A stretch of DNA of 64,000 bases, from contig JBGPGO010000003.1 of assembly GCA_041483895.1 (NCBI GenBank), forward strand, positions 192,001 through 256,000, written 5' to 3'. The position numbers and the translations under genes were made by a program. This document shows positions 45,956-55,206 of the stretch, in pieces (positions within the stretch are counted from its first letter, which is position 1; every line of letters begins with the position of its first letter). Origin of the DNA: Fimbriimonadia bacterium (GTDB lineage: Bacteria > Armatimonadota > Fimbriimonadia > Fimbriimonadales > JABRVX01). Below the pieces are notes generated by a model. It was not told the DNA's origin. It ran no database searches and saw only the letters and a program-made list of their open reading frames with translations.

Positions 45956-45985
45956 ATCTTAGCAAACCACTTTAACGTTTGTCAA
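45956..45985 (-). promoter_or_regulatory. Sigma70-type promoter for the candidate sRNA
   Basis: TTGACA (45985-45980), an 18-nt spacer ending in TGc, then TAAGAT (45961-45956). Confidence 0.65.
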
Positions 45986-46003
45986 CCCCTATCCCGGTAT
46001 TTT

Positions 46004-46639
46004 TTACAAGTTTTCGTCCTTGGGGGCGGTTGGGCGGGGCAGGGGGAATAGGTCTTCCGGCCTCGTCATGCTGTACCAGGGGCCTCCCAAACGTCCGATC
46101 AGATCAATTTTCGTCGTGTCCGGAACCCCATCCGTCAGGATGGATTCGTCGTAATGGCACATCACAATCTCGCCGATCACATAGTTCGCGGCGAGCGGAC
46201 CTTCCCCGTGCCGGACGACCTGGAACAGCTTGCATTCGAAATTCGCCGGACTTTCGGCCACCAGCCAGGGCCGGATTTTCGTCGCCGGTTTCGGCGTGAA
46301 CCCGGCTTTTTCCCACTCGCTCACCCCATACGGATACTCATAGCTGGCCTCGTTGACCTTCGAGGCCATCGACCGGGTGACGACCGAAATCACATACTCC
46401 CCCGTCGCTTCGACGTTCACCAGCGTGTGTTTGGGAGCGGAATCGCGGGTGTTGGTTGGGGAAAAGGTCAAGCTCGGCGGATTGGAGCCGCCCATGATGA
46501 AAAAGCTGAACGGAGCGAGGTTGGGAACTCCTTCCGGCGATAGGGTGGATACGAAGGCGATCGGGCGAGGCGCGATGCACGGAAGGATCTTGGCGTATCG
46601 TTCGCGCGGCGGCAGCTCGGCGGGGTCGAACGAAAGCAT
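46004..46639 (-). CDS. Flavin reductase family protein (DIM6/NTAB-like)
   Basis: IAPRPIAFVST, NLAPFSFF, KHTLVNV, VAESPANFEC, IGRLGG. Confidence 0.88.
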   Translation of the reverse strand: MLSFDPAELPPRERYAKILPCIAPRPIAFVSTLSPEGVPNLAPFSFFIMGGSNPPSLTFSPTNTRDSAPKHTLVNVEATGEYVISVVTRSMASKVNEASYEYPYGVSEWEKAGFTPKPATKIRPWLVAESPANFECKLFQVVRHGEGPLAANYVIGEIVMCHYDESILTDGVPDTTKIDLIGRLGGPWYSMTRPEDLFPLPRPTAPKDENL

Positions 46640-47790
46640 CAGCGCTCCTGGATGTCGAAGCCCCGCTTGCGCAGCTCTTCCATGTATCGTGTGCCCGTTA
46701 CCGCCAACTCATAGGGAATCGCTCCTGGCTTCACCCGTCCCTGCGCAATCTCGATGGCGTAGATCGAGGTGCTGAAGCCGGTCATTCGCTCCATGGCCGT
46801 GAAGCCTGTGGCGTCGTCGTGATAGTCCACAATATCAACAATTCGCTCCACGCTCTGCCCGCCCTTTACCCCTTTTGCCCAGCCGCGCACGGCGACGAGG
46901 TCTTTCGAATCGTTGACGAGGCGTGGACCCATCAGGGTGTGAAACACCTCTCGCGGTACGGCGGAACCGGTCCGTGTTTCGATTTCCGCCTGATCCCAGT
47001 AACCGAAGTCCTTGAAAATCTTCATGAGATGGCAGTGGCCGGGATATCGGAAGGTCTTGTACTCATAATTGCGAACACGGCCCTTGAAGCTGGTCGGGGC
47101 GGTGCTGGTGCCGCCGCTGGTGACAAAAGCCTCTAGCTTGCCAAGTTTTGGATGATCGACCTCTTCCAATTCTGTGAGAGTCGGGATGTGGATGATTTCG
47201 CCGTTTCGCAATGCGGTCGCTTCGCCGCTGTACTCGGTCACGAGCCCTTCTACATTGAACACCAGTTTATAGTTGAAGGGCGGTTTGGGATCCTGCGGCA
47301 GGCCGCCGCAATAGAGCTTTACGTCCGTGGCTTCGTCCATCGATTCCATCAGATAGGTCGCGATGTTGTTCACCATGCCTGGGGCCAGTCCGGTGTCGGG
47401 GACCACCGAAACGCCGGCGGCCTCCGCCCCGGCCGCGGCCGCGAGGGTCGCAAGGGTGATGTCCGTGTTGCCACCCAAGTCCACCATGCTGGTCTTGGCT
47501 GCCACGGCAACGGGTGCGATGCGCGGGTGCATCCAGTACGGAACGCAGCTCACGACGATGTCCATCCCGCTGAGGAACGAGCCCAGCTCCTCGGCGTCCA
47601 GGGCATTGACATGGTCCGGTTGGCAGATCTCCGATCCGACCAGCTTGTTCACCCGCTCCGCCGCACGCTGAGCCTGCGCCTTGTCCGAATCCCCCATCAC
47701 AATGCGGTGCGGATTGCCGAACCGAGCGAGATCATAAGCGACCGACGTGCCCTGCATCCCCGAACCCAAAATTGAATAAACCGCGCCCAT
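46639..47790 (-). CDS. Saccharopine dehydrogenase-like / lysine 6-dehydrogenase
   Basis: ILGSGMQG, VDLGGN, DTGLAPG, CGGLP, KTFRYPGH, TAMERMTG. Confidence 0.85.
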   Translation of the reverse strand: MGAVYSILGSGMQGTSVAYDLARFGNPHRIVMGDSDKAQAQRAAERVNKLVGSEICQPDHVNALDAEELGSFLSGMDIVVSCVPYWMHPRIAPVAVAAKTSMVDLGGNTDITLATLAAAAGAEAAGVSVVPDTGLAPGMVNNIATYLMESMDEATDVKLYCGGLPQDPKPPFNYKLVFNVEGLVTEYSGEATALRNGEIIHIPTLTELEEVDHPKLGKLEAFVTSGGTSTAPTSFKGRVRNYEYKTFRYPGHCHLMKIFKDFGYWDQAEIETRTGSAVPREVFHTLMGPRLVNDSKDLVAVRGWAKGVKGGQSVERIVDIVDYHDDATGFTAMERMTGFSTSIYAIEIAQGRVKPGAIPYELAVTGTRYMEELRKRGFDIQER

Positions 47791-47986
47791 ATTGCCTCCC
47801 TGCGCCGTTGCAGGCACAAATAATTGAGGAGCCCGCCCAAGACAAGCTCCCCGTCGCTAAGAAGATACCCCAGGGAACCATCGGAAATCAAGGCCCGTTA
47901 AGTTTCATTTTCGGCGATTTGCTTCCATTTGCTCGTACTTTGTTCCTACGGCAGGACCGGTTTTGGCTTGGACGAATTGGGTCTCA

Positions 47987-49435
47987 ATGAAGATTTTATC
48001 GGGCGCCCAGATGCGCGAGATGGACCGGCATACGATTGAAACAGTCGGTATCCCGTCTCTGGAGCTGATGGAAAGAGCCGGGCGGGTCGTTGCGGATTTC
48101 GTTTTGGAGCGGTTTCCTTCGGCTTCGCGGATATTGGTCGCGTGCGGGCGCGGGAACAACGGCGGGGATGGGTGGGTGGTCGCGCGCCGGTTGGCGGATG
48201 CCGGGAAGGACGTCTTCGTAAGCGCTCTCGAAAAGCGCGAGGATTGTTCCCCGGACTGCCAGGAAATGTGGCGGCGATCAGACATCGAGCCGAGCCGGGA
48301 GTACCATCCAAATCCCGATCTGGTTGTCGATGCGATATATGGCACGGGTTTCGACGCTTCGCGATCGGGTGATTTGGACGATCGGGTGACCGGGATGAGC
48401 AAGGCCGACGCTCGAATTGTAGCGGTGGACATCCCATCCGGATTGGACGCCACGACGGGAAAGATCGGAGCGGCTGCGGTGCGGGCAACCGCGACCGTGA
48501 CATTCCAGAATCCGAAACTTGGATTTTTCCAGGCCGCCGGTCCGGACCATGTCGGCGAGGTGTATGTGCGCGACATCGGACTCGTGCCGGCGGAAGAGCA
48601 CGCCGATGCGCCGGAGTTCCTGCTCGATCCGCGAATGCCATCCTTGCCCCGCACGGCGCACAAAGGAACGCGCGGCCATGTACTTTGCGTTGGCGGCTCG
48701 ACGAGCATGCCCGGTTCCATCGCCCTCACCGCCATCGCCGCATTGCGAGCGGGCGCCGGCCTCGCCACCTGCGCCGTGCCGGAAACGATCCAACCCATCG
48801 TCGCCGGATATCACCCGGAAGTGATGACGATTCCATTGCCCGACGGCGGCACTGGACGCCTCACCGAAGCCGGAGCTAACAAAGTCCTGGAAGTTCTGCC
48901 GAAGTATAGTGTGATGGCGCTGGGTCCGGGGCTCACCGCGGAACCGGAAACCCAAAAGGCCGTGGAACTGCTTTTGCGCCAATCGGTTATTCCGATCGTG
49001 CTCGATGCCGACGGCCTCAACTGCCTTGCCAACATCGGACCGATTGCGATTCAAGAGGACCTGATCCTCACACCGCATCCGGGAGAAATGGGACGGCTGA
49101 TGAACGTGCCGACGGAGAAGGTGCTGGAAAATCGGCTTGAAATCGCGAAGGCGTGCGCGATGAAATACAATGCCACCGTAGTCTTAAAAGGTATGTATAG
49201 TTTAATCGCCCATCCGAATCGCCCGACGATTGTTAATTCCACCGGCGGCAACCGCCTCGGCACCGCCGGCAGCGGCGACGTGCTGACCGGGGTGATCGCC
49301 GCGATGCACAACGAGCCGGCCACGGCGGTGTATCTGCATGGCCTCGCGGGGCAACAGGCGACGGCGTACCTGACCGCCACGGACCTGAGCAAGCGAATCT
49401 CCGCGTTGCGCGGCCGATTGGAGCACGACCATTAG
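47987..49435 (+). CDS. nnr: Bifunctional NAD(P)H-hydrate epimerase/dehydratase
   Basis: LMERAG, GRGNNGGDG, DAIYGTG, DIPSG; HKGTRG, LDADGL, TPHPGE, GTAGSGDVLTG. Confidence 0.93.
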   Translation: MKILSGAQMREMDRHTIETVGIPSLELMERAGRVVADFVLERFPSASRILVACGRGNNGGDGWVVARRLADAGKDVFVSALEKREDCSPDCQEMWRRSDIEPSREYHPNPDLVVDAIYGTGFDASRSGDLDDRVTGMSKADARIVAVDIPSGLDATTGKIGAAAVRATATVTFQNPKLGFFQAAGPDHVGEVYVRDIGLVPAEEHADAPEFLLDPRMPSLPRTAHKGTRGHVLCVGGSTSMPGSIALTAIAALRAGAGLATCAVPETIQPIVAGYHPEVMTIPLPDGGTGRLTEAGANKVLEVLPKYSVMALGPGLTAEPETQKAVELLLRQSVIPIVLDADGLNCLANIGPIAIQEDLILTPHPGEMGRLMNVPTEKVLENRLEIAKACAMKYNATVVLKGMYSLIAHPNRPTIVNSTGGNRLGTAGSGDVLTGVIAAMHNEPATAVYLHGLAGQQATAYLTATDLSKRISALRGRLEHDH

Positions 49436-50639
49436 ACACTTTTTTGCGGCGCTCATTCTTCTCATCGGTTCTGTGGCATTTGCCGCCAAGCTGACGATCA
49501 AGTTCCCGGCAAAGGGCGACTATTCCATCTGGTTCGAGACTTCGGACGGAAAGCCGGCAGGCGACAAGATTCAGATCGAGGGAATGCAAGGCACGGATGT
49601 GGATGTTCCCGGCGATGCGAAGAAGCTGGTGGTGGAAAAGGCGGATACATTGGCGGTGGTGAATTTCAAGCCGCCATCGGTGGACATCGGCACGAAGGAT
49701 TTCAAATACGCCAAATCGCTGACGGTTAACGTTCAGCACGAGGGCAAGCCGGTGGCGTCCGCATTGGTCAAGCTGAAGGACCAAGACGGCAAGCGGGATC
49801 TGCTGATCTCGCCTGACATGAAGGGCACGGTGGCATTCGATCGCGTGCGATTGGGTGCGGTGGTCGCCGCCGTTGAATATACATTCGAAGGCAAGAAGAA
49901 AACCGCGGCGGAACTGCATGCCAATGTGGAGGCGGGCCAACCGACAACGCTCACCGTCGCGATTTCGGACAAGGTGGTGACGGTAGGCGAAGAAAAGGGC
50001 GCGCCAAAAGAGGCCGAGCCGTCCAGCGGATTCAACATCGGCTCGATGATCACGATCCTGCTCGCTCTCGTGGTCGGGGCCGGAGGGCTGTATGCCGTAG
50101 TGCGTTTTGTGCAGCATAAAAGAGATTGGGTTTCGGCGAAGATGGAGGCGATGGGGGTCCAGCTGCCGTCCGACCCGGCGACGGGCGATCCGGGGGCGGT
50201 CCATACGTCCGGGTTCCGGGATGACGCCGCCCCGCCGCCACCCCTTGTGCCGGAAGGCGCCTGCCCGTTTTGCGGCCAGCCGAAGGGTCCGGACGGCTCT
50301 TGCGGATGCCAGATCGGCGGTTCGGTCGCGGCCGTCGCGGTTGCGACGTCGCCGCGACTATTTGCCATGAAGGGCCCCTATTCCGGTCAGCCGTTCGATC
50401 TGGGGGCCGATCCGGTGTCTGTGGGGCGCGAGCCGGGAAATACGATCTGCCTGGAAAACGACACAAGCATCAGCCGCCGCCACGCACAGTTGCAACGCCA
50501 GGATCGCGCTCTGCTCGTCGAGGATTTGGGTAGCACCAATGGCACCTTTGTCAATGGCCAGAAAGTGAGCGGACAGGTCACCGCCCAACCCGGTGACACC
50601 GTGCAGTTCGGAGAAAGTATGTTTAAGTATGAGGCCTAA
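49431..50639 (+). CDS. Single-pass membrane protein: exported beta domain, TM, Cys4 Zn site, FHA
   Basis: Signal peptide if started at ATT 49431; TM ITILLALVVGAGGLYAV; CPFC...CGC; FHA motifs GRE, SRRHA, DLGSTNGT. Confidence 0.8.
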   Translation: MRHFFAALILLIGSVAFAAKLTIKFPAKGDYSIWFETSDGKPAGDKIQIEGMQGTDVDVPGDAKKLVVEKADTLAVVNFKPPSVDIGTKDFKYAKSLTVNVQHEGKPVASALVKLKDQDGKRDLLISPDMKGTVAFDRVRLGAVVAAVEYTFEGKKKTAAELHANVEAGQPTTLTVAISDKVVTVGEEKGAPKEAEPSSGFNIGSMITILLALVVGAGGLYAVVRFVQHKRDWVSAKMEAMGVQLPSDPATGDPGAVHTSGFRDDAAPPPPLVPEGACPFCGQPKGPDGSCGCQIGGSVAAVAVATSPRLFAMKGPYSGQPFDLGADPVSVGREPGNTICLENDTSISRRHAQLQRQDRALLVEDLGSTNGTFVNGQKVSGQVTAQPGDTVQFGESMFKYEA

Positions 50640-50642
50640 AAG

Positions 50643-52067
50643 TTGATCGATAGGCTGTTCTATCTGCTGATCGCGGGCGGCCTCGGTGGCCTTCTCGGCT
50701 GGCTGTGCAGCGAGCCGTTCATGCCCGGCGAGATTCTTCCGGTCGGCGTCAACATCAACTCTGCCGAATGGCATGAGCTGTATCGGAGGATCGTTTTTCA
50801 ACAGAATCTGCTAGGGTTGTTCACCGGGCTGTTTGTCGGCGGCCTCATCGGTGGAGCCAGCGGATGGTCGCAAGGATCGCGCGCGCAGATCAAGCGGGGG
50901 CTCCTATGGGGCAGCGTCGCCGGGGCCATAGCCGGCACGATCGGGGTTCAGATTGCGGCGACGGTTTACTCTTGGATTCAGTCCGTCCAGCCCAGGGCCA
51001 GAGAAAACTTCATTGGCGAACCCGTGCAGCTCATCGCGCGCGCGCTGGGTTGGGGGGCGTTCGGCATGCTTCTCGGAGCGGGCCAAGCCGTCGCGACCCG
51101 GTCCTGGCAGCGCGTTCGGCAGGGGGCCATCGGCGGGCTGATCGGCGGTGTCATCGGCGGCATCGCTTTTGAGGTGGTCGCGCCGCTGACGCAGGGAATC
51201 TCCCAAGCCGCCGAATCCGGTCGCGCGGAGGTCGGTCGCTTCAGCCGAGCGGTCGGGTTGGTCTGCATCGGCTCCGGCATCGGCCTGTTCGTCGGCCTGA
51301 CGGAATTCCTATTGAGATCGGCCTGGATCCGGGTGCTGATCGGCCGCAACGAGGGGAAAGAATTCCTGGTGGACGCGCCCCGCACGCTGATCGGCCGGTC
51401 AGAATCGGTCGACATTCCGCTCTTCGGCGACCCATCCGTTGTCCCGCAGCACGCCGCCATCGATCGCGCTGGGAGGGAGTACGTGCTGACCGCCGCGGGA
51501 CCGCAAGCGCCGGTTTTCGTCAACGGCCAGCCGGTCGGACAGATGGCGTTGCGAGATGGCGACGTGATGCAGATCGGCCAGTTTCAGCTTCAATTCCGCC
51601 TGAAATCCGGCCAAGGGGTTCGTGCTCCGGTGGACATGCGCAGGTCGGCGCCAGTCCCCATGCCGTCCGTGCCCGCAAACGTGTGCCCCTATTGCGGCCA
51701 GGTCAAGGGACCGTCCGGCGAATGCGCATGCACACCGGTCGCCGGTCAGACAGCCCCGATTGGAAGCGTCGCAACCGCCGCCAAGGTTCAGGCCGTAGTG
51801 GTGATGGATGGGCCGATGGCCGGGCAACGCTTTCCGCTCGCCGGTGCAATCATAATCGGCCGAGAGGCGCTTGGCGGGATACAGATCGGATATGATCAAC
51901 TTTCCAGCAGGAAACATGCGCATATCGAACCGGCCGGCAGTGATTGGATCGTCTGCGACGACGGCAGCACGAACGGAACGTTCGTCAATGGCGTTCGAAT
52001 CAGCAGGCAGCCCGTCGTTCCGGGCGACGTTATCACAATTGGAGCGACAAACTTCCGGGTAGAGTAG
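50643..52067 (+). CDS. Gly-rich polytopic membrane protein with two FHA domains and a Cys4 Zn site
   Basis: Several GxxxG-rich TM helices; FHA1 IGRSE...QHA; CPYC...CAC; FHA2 IGRE...SRKHA...STNGT. Confidence 0.8.
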   Translation: MIDRLFYLLIAGGLGGLLGWLCSEPFMPGEILPVGVNINSAEWHELYRRIVFQQNLLGLFTGLFVGGLIGGASGWSQGSRAQIKRGLLWGSVAGAIAGTIGVQIAATVYSWIQSVQPRARENFIGEPVQLIARALGWGAFGMLLGAGQAVATRSWQRVRQGAIGGLIGGVIGGIAFEVVAPLTQGISQAAESGRAEVGRFSRAVGLVCIGSGIGLFVGLTEFLLRSAWIRVLIGRNEGKEFLVDAPRTLIGRSESVDIPLFGDPSVVPQHAAIDRAGREYVLTAAGPQAPVFVNGQPVGQMALRDGDVMQIGQFQLQFRLKSGQGVRAPVDMRRSAPVPMPSVPANVCPYCGQVKGPSGECACTPVAGQTAPIGSVATAAKVQAVVVMDGPMAGQRFPLAGAIIIGREALGGIQIGYDQLSSRKHAHIEPAGSDWIVCDDGSTNGTFVNGVRISRQPVVPGDVITIGATNFRVE

Positions 52068-52073
52068 GAGCAG

Positions 52074-53435
52074 GTGATGAGCATTCCAGGCAGCGACCCC
52101 AACAAGACGCAGATTTTTGGCCCCGCCGACCCCAACAAAACCCAAATGGTGGGAGCGCCCGATCCCAACGTCACCCGCATGACCGGTCTCGCCCCGGGCA
52201 AAGCATTGTCGCTCGAAATCGTCGCGGGCCGCAAAGTAACGCTGGCCAACACGATGTCACGCGAAGCTTTCCTCATCGATTTGGTCGCGGGGCAGTCTCT
52301 CGGCGGGACTCGCCAGCCGCTCAACCTGTGCCTGGTTATAGACCGGAGCGGTTCCATGGAGGGCGAGCCGCTGGAATATGTGAAGCGCGCCTGCGACTAT
52401 GTCGTGGACCTGCTGGACCCAAACGATGTGCTGAGCATCGTGACGTTCGAAGAGGTGGTCGAGGTGCTGATGCCGCCGCGCAAGGTGGTGAACAAGGACC
52501 TGGTAAAGCAGCACATTCAGCGAATTGCTCCCGGCAACACGACCAACCTATTCGACGGAATCCAGTTGGGCGCGCAGCAGGCATTCTCTGTCGCGGAACC
52601 CGGCCGCCTGTCCCGTCTGGTGCTCCTGACCGACGGCGACCCGACGGCTGGAATAAAAGACTTCCCAAGCATCGTCAACCTGGTAGGCGATCTCAAGCAG
52701 CGGGGTCTGACGATAACTGCGCTCGGTTTCGGGCCGGAATATAATGAAGAGCTTGTCGCCGGCATCGCGCGAAAAGCCGGGGGAAACTACTATTTCATCG
52801 CCCGGCCGGACCTGATCCCAGAGGTGTTCCGCAAAGAGCTGGAACGCATCATGACCACGACCGCGCTCAACATCAAGATGAAGCTGCGATTCTCCCGATG
52901 GGTGCAGCCGAGGCAGATATACGGCCATCAAGTGAACCTGACCCAACGCGAGATCGATCTGGCGCTGCCCGATGTGGAAAAGGGAACGACCGTCGGCAAT
53001 GTGGTCGAAATGGATTTTCCGAACCATCCGGTCGGCGATTACCGCGTGGCAAAAGTGACCGTAACCTACGACGATGCGGTGTCCGGCCAAACGGAGATTC
53101 TTGATGGAGATATCGTGATCCAATTTACCGGCGACCGATCGAAGGTACCTCTCGAGCCGGATCCGCGTGTGGCTAGAGAAATTCAAGCGGCGGCGGCATC
53201 CCGCGCGATGGAAAAGACATTGATGGGAATGCGCACGCAGCAGGTCAATGCCGCGACGGCTGTGTTGGAGCTTCAGAAAACCCAAGCCATGCTGGCCGGT
53301 CAGGGCCGCGCGCAGGAAGCGCAAGAGGTGGCCCAGGCGATCCGTGAGCTGCAAAAGGGCGATACCGGCGCGGTGGAAAAGACGCTGATCGGCACGGTTA
53401 TGAACCTGGATCAGGGCAAGAGGAGCGGGAACTGA
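52074..53435 (+). CDS. vWA (MIDAS) domain protein with N-terminal DPNxT repeats
   Basis: LVIDRSGSM, GNTTNL, LLTDG, ALGFG. Confidence 0.88.
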   Translation: MMSIPGSDPNKTQIFGPADPNKTQMVGAPDPNVTRMTGLAPGKALSLEIVAGRKVTLANTMSREAFLIDLVAGQSLGGTRQPLNLCLVIDRSGSMEGEPLEYVKRACDYVVDLLDPNDVLSIVTFEEVVEVLMPPRKVVNKDLVKQHIQRIAPGNTTNLFDGIQLGAQQAFSVAEPGRLSRLVLLTDGDPTAGIKDFPSIVNLVGDLKQRGLTITALGFGPEYNEELVAGIARKAGGNYYFIARPDLIPEVFRKELERIMTTTALNIKMKLRFSRWVQPRQIYGHQVNLTQREIDLALPDVEKGTTVGNVVEMDFPNHPVGDYRVAKVTVTYDDAVSGQTEILDGDIVIQFTGDRSKVPLEPDPRVAREIQAAAASRAMEKTLMGMRTQQVNAATAVLELQKTQAMLAGQGRAQEAQEVAQAIRELQKGDTGAVEKTLIGTVMNLDQGKRSGN

Positions 53436-54295
53436 TGGCCGAGATGGATCCCAACGCAACCCAGGCGCTTGTTGCCGACCCAATGAAAACGGCGATGGGA
53501 ATGCCGGCGCCGGGGCTCGGCGCGACGCAGGCCATCGCGCCGGTCCAGTGCCCAGTCTGCAAGCAGCACAACCCGCCGGGTGAAATTTATTGCGTGGAAT
53601 GCGGACTGCTATTTACATCGGAAATGGTGGAGGAACCGGTTGCCGAAGCCGCGCCGTTGCCGTGCCTGGTGGAGGCGGGCGGCAGGGAACAGCATTTGCG
53701 GCTCGGGTCCAACATTATCGGACGCGACGGGACGGACATTTTGCTCAATGATTCCCGCGTTTCGCGCCGCCATGCGGACCTGTCTCTCGCGGAGGACGGC
53801 AGCGCAACGATTGAGGATTTGGGCAGCACGAACGGCACGATGGTCGGAACGGCTCGACTGGAGTCGGGCCAAAAGATTCCGGTAGAGAACGGGACCAAGC
53901 TGTTTTTCGGCGGGCTGGAGATGACGCTCTCGCTGCCGGGCGAGGCGATGAGAACAGCCGCCATGCCCGCCGCCGCACCTCCGGCGGAAGATGCCGTTGA
54001 CGCGGTCGCCCATCTCGTCGGGCCGGATGGAACAAAGCATCCAATCATCGAGGGGGAGACAACTCTTGGCCGCCGCTCGACCAACAACATCGTTATCCCC
54101 GACGCTTTTCTTTCCGGCAACCACGCAAAGTTTGTTTCCAAAGACGACGGACTGTATTTCGTGGACATCCGCAGCACCAACGGCTCGGCATACAACCAGC
54201 GAAAAGTGGAGCCGAATGAAGAAGTCAAGATCGCCGATGGCGACGAGATCACGTTCGGGCAAACCACCTACGTCGTGCGGTTTCCTGAAAAGTGA
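53435..54295 (+). CDS. Zinc-ribbon plus tandem FHA protein
   Basis: CPVC...CVEC; IGRD...VSRRHA...GSTNGT; LGRR...SGNHA...STNGS. Confidence 0.88.
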   Translation: MAEMDPNATQALVADPMKTAMGMPAPGLGATQAIAPVQCPVCKQHNPPGEIYCVECGLLFTSEMVEEPVAEAAPLPCLVEAGGREQHLRLGSNIIGRDGTDILLNDSRVSRRHADLSLAEDGSATIEDLGSTNGTMVGTARLESGQKIPVENGTKLFFGGLEMTLSLPGEAMRTAAMPAAAPPAEDAVDAVAHLVGPDGTKHPIIEGETTLGRRSTNNIVIPDAFLSGNHAKFVSKDDGLYFVDIRSTNGSAYNQRKVEPNEEVKIADGDEITFGQTTYVVRFPEK

Positions 54296-55206
54296 CCTGT
54301 ATTTCTTGCGGATCCGATAACCCGGAAGGGGCAGTCTTTTGCACCCATTGCGGCGCGGAATTGGTGGAGCGCACGCAGGAATTCGCGCTGCCCGATCTCG
54401 GTGAATACACCCCTCCGCCGCTGCGAATGCGACCGGTGATTCGCGTCGCCGCAAAAACCGACATGGGCCGCGTCCGCGAAAACAACGAGGACAAATTCGA
54501 ATACTATCAGCCCGACAAGCCGCCCGTTGTCGCCGCGCGCGGATCGGCGTTTGTTGTTTGCGATGGCATGGGCGGGCATGCGGCGGGACAGATCGCCAGC
54601 GAGATTGCCGCGAAGACATTTCTCGATATCTACTATCGCAGCAGCGCCGCCTATTTTCCGGATGCGGCAACAGCCGGGGTGTCTGAGGCGAATCGATATG
54701 TGGCCGACGTGGCGAAGACGATTCCCGATCGGCATGGGATGGGGACCACGCTGACCGGCCTCATTATTTGTCAGGACCAAGCGTTGGCGGTCCATGTCGG
54801 GGACTCTCGAATGTATCGCCTGAGCGGGTCGGAATTTGGGATGGTGACGACCGACCAAACATGGGTGGAAGAGCAGGTGGCTTCCGGAGCGATGACTCAC
54901 GAGGAAGCGATGCACTCGCCCTACGCGCATGTGATCACGAATGCCGTTGGTATGATGACGACCACCAAGCCGGACCTGATCCCCATCGAGCCCAAAGTCG
55001 GGGACCGCTATCTTTTGTGCAGCGACGGGCTGACCAACCATGTGAAGGATAACGAGATACGGGACCATCTGATGGAATACGGACCATCCGATGCCTGCTG
55101 GCGGCTGGTGAATTTGGCCCTGGATCGCGGCGGCAGCGATAACTGCACGGTGCTGGTTGCGGAGCTTACGGACCTGATTCCGGCTGATACCCAATCGGAA
55201 GTTTGA
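54292..55206 (+). CDS. Zinc-ribbon plus PP2C (PPM/Stp1) Ser/Thr phosphatase
   Basis: CISC...CTHC; RENNED, VCDGMGGH, GMGTT, HVGDSR, CSDGL, GGSDNCT. Confidence 0.93.
   Translation: MTCISCGSDNPEGAVFCTHCGAELVERTQEFALPDLGEYTPPPLRMRPVIRVAAKTDMGRVRENNEDKFEYYQPDKPPVVAARGSAFVVCDGMGGHAAGQIASEIAAKTFLDIYYRSSAAYFPDAATAGVSEANRYVADVAKTIPDRHGMGTTLTGLIICQDQALAVHVGDSRMYRLSGSEFGMVTTDQTWVEEQVASGAMTHEEAMHSPYAHVITNAVGMMTTTKPDLIPIEPKVGDRYLLCSDGLTNHVKDNEIRDHLMEYGPSDACWRLVNLALDRGGSDNCTVLVAELTDLIPADTQSEV

Noticed and set aside
49431..55206. T6SS/T7SS accessory cluster or canonical TerY-P system
   Set aside because: No secretion-system core genes and no kinase in the window; kept only as an analogy.
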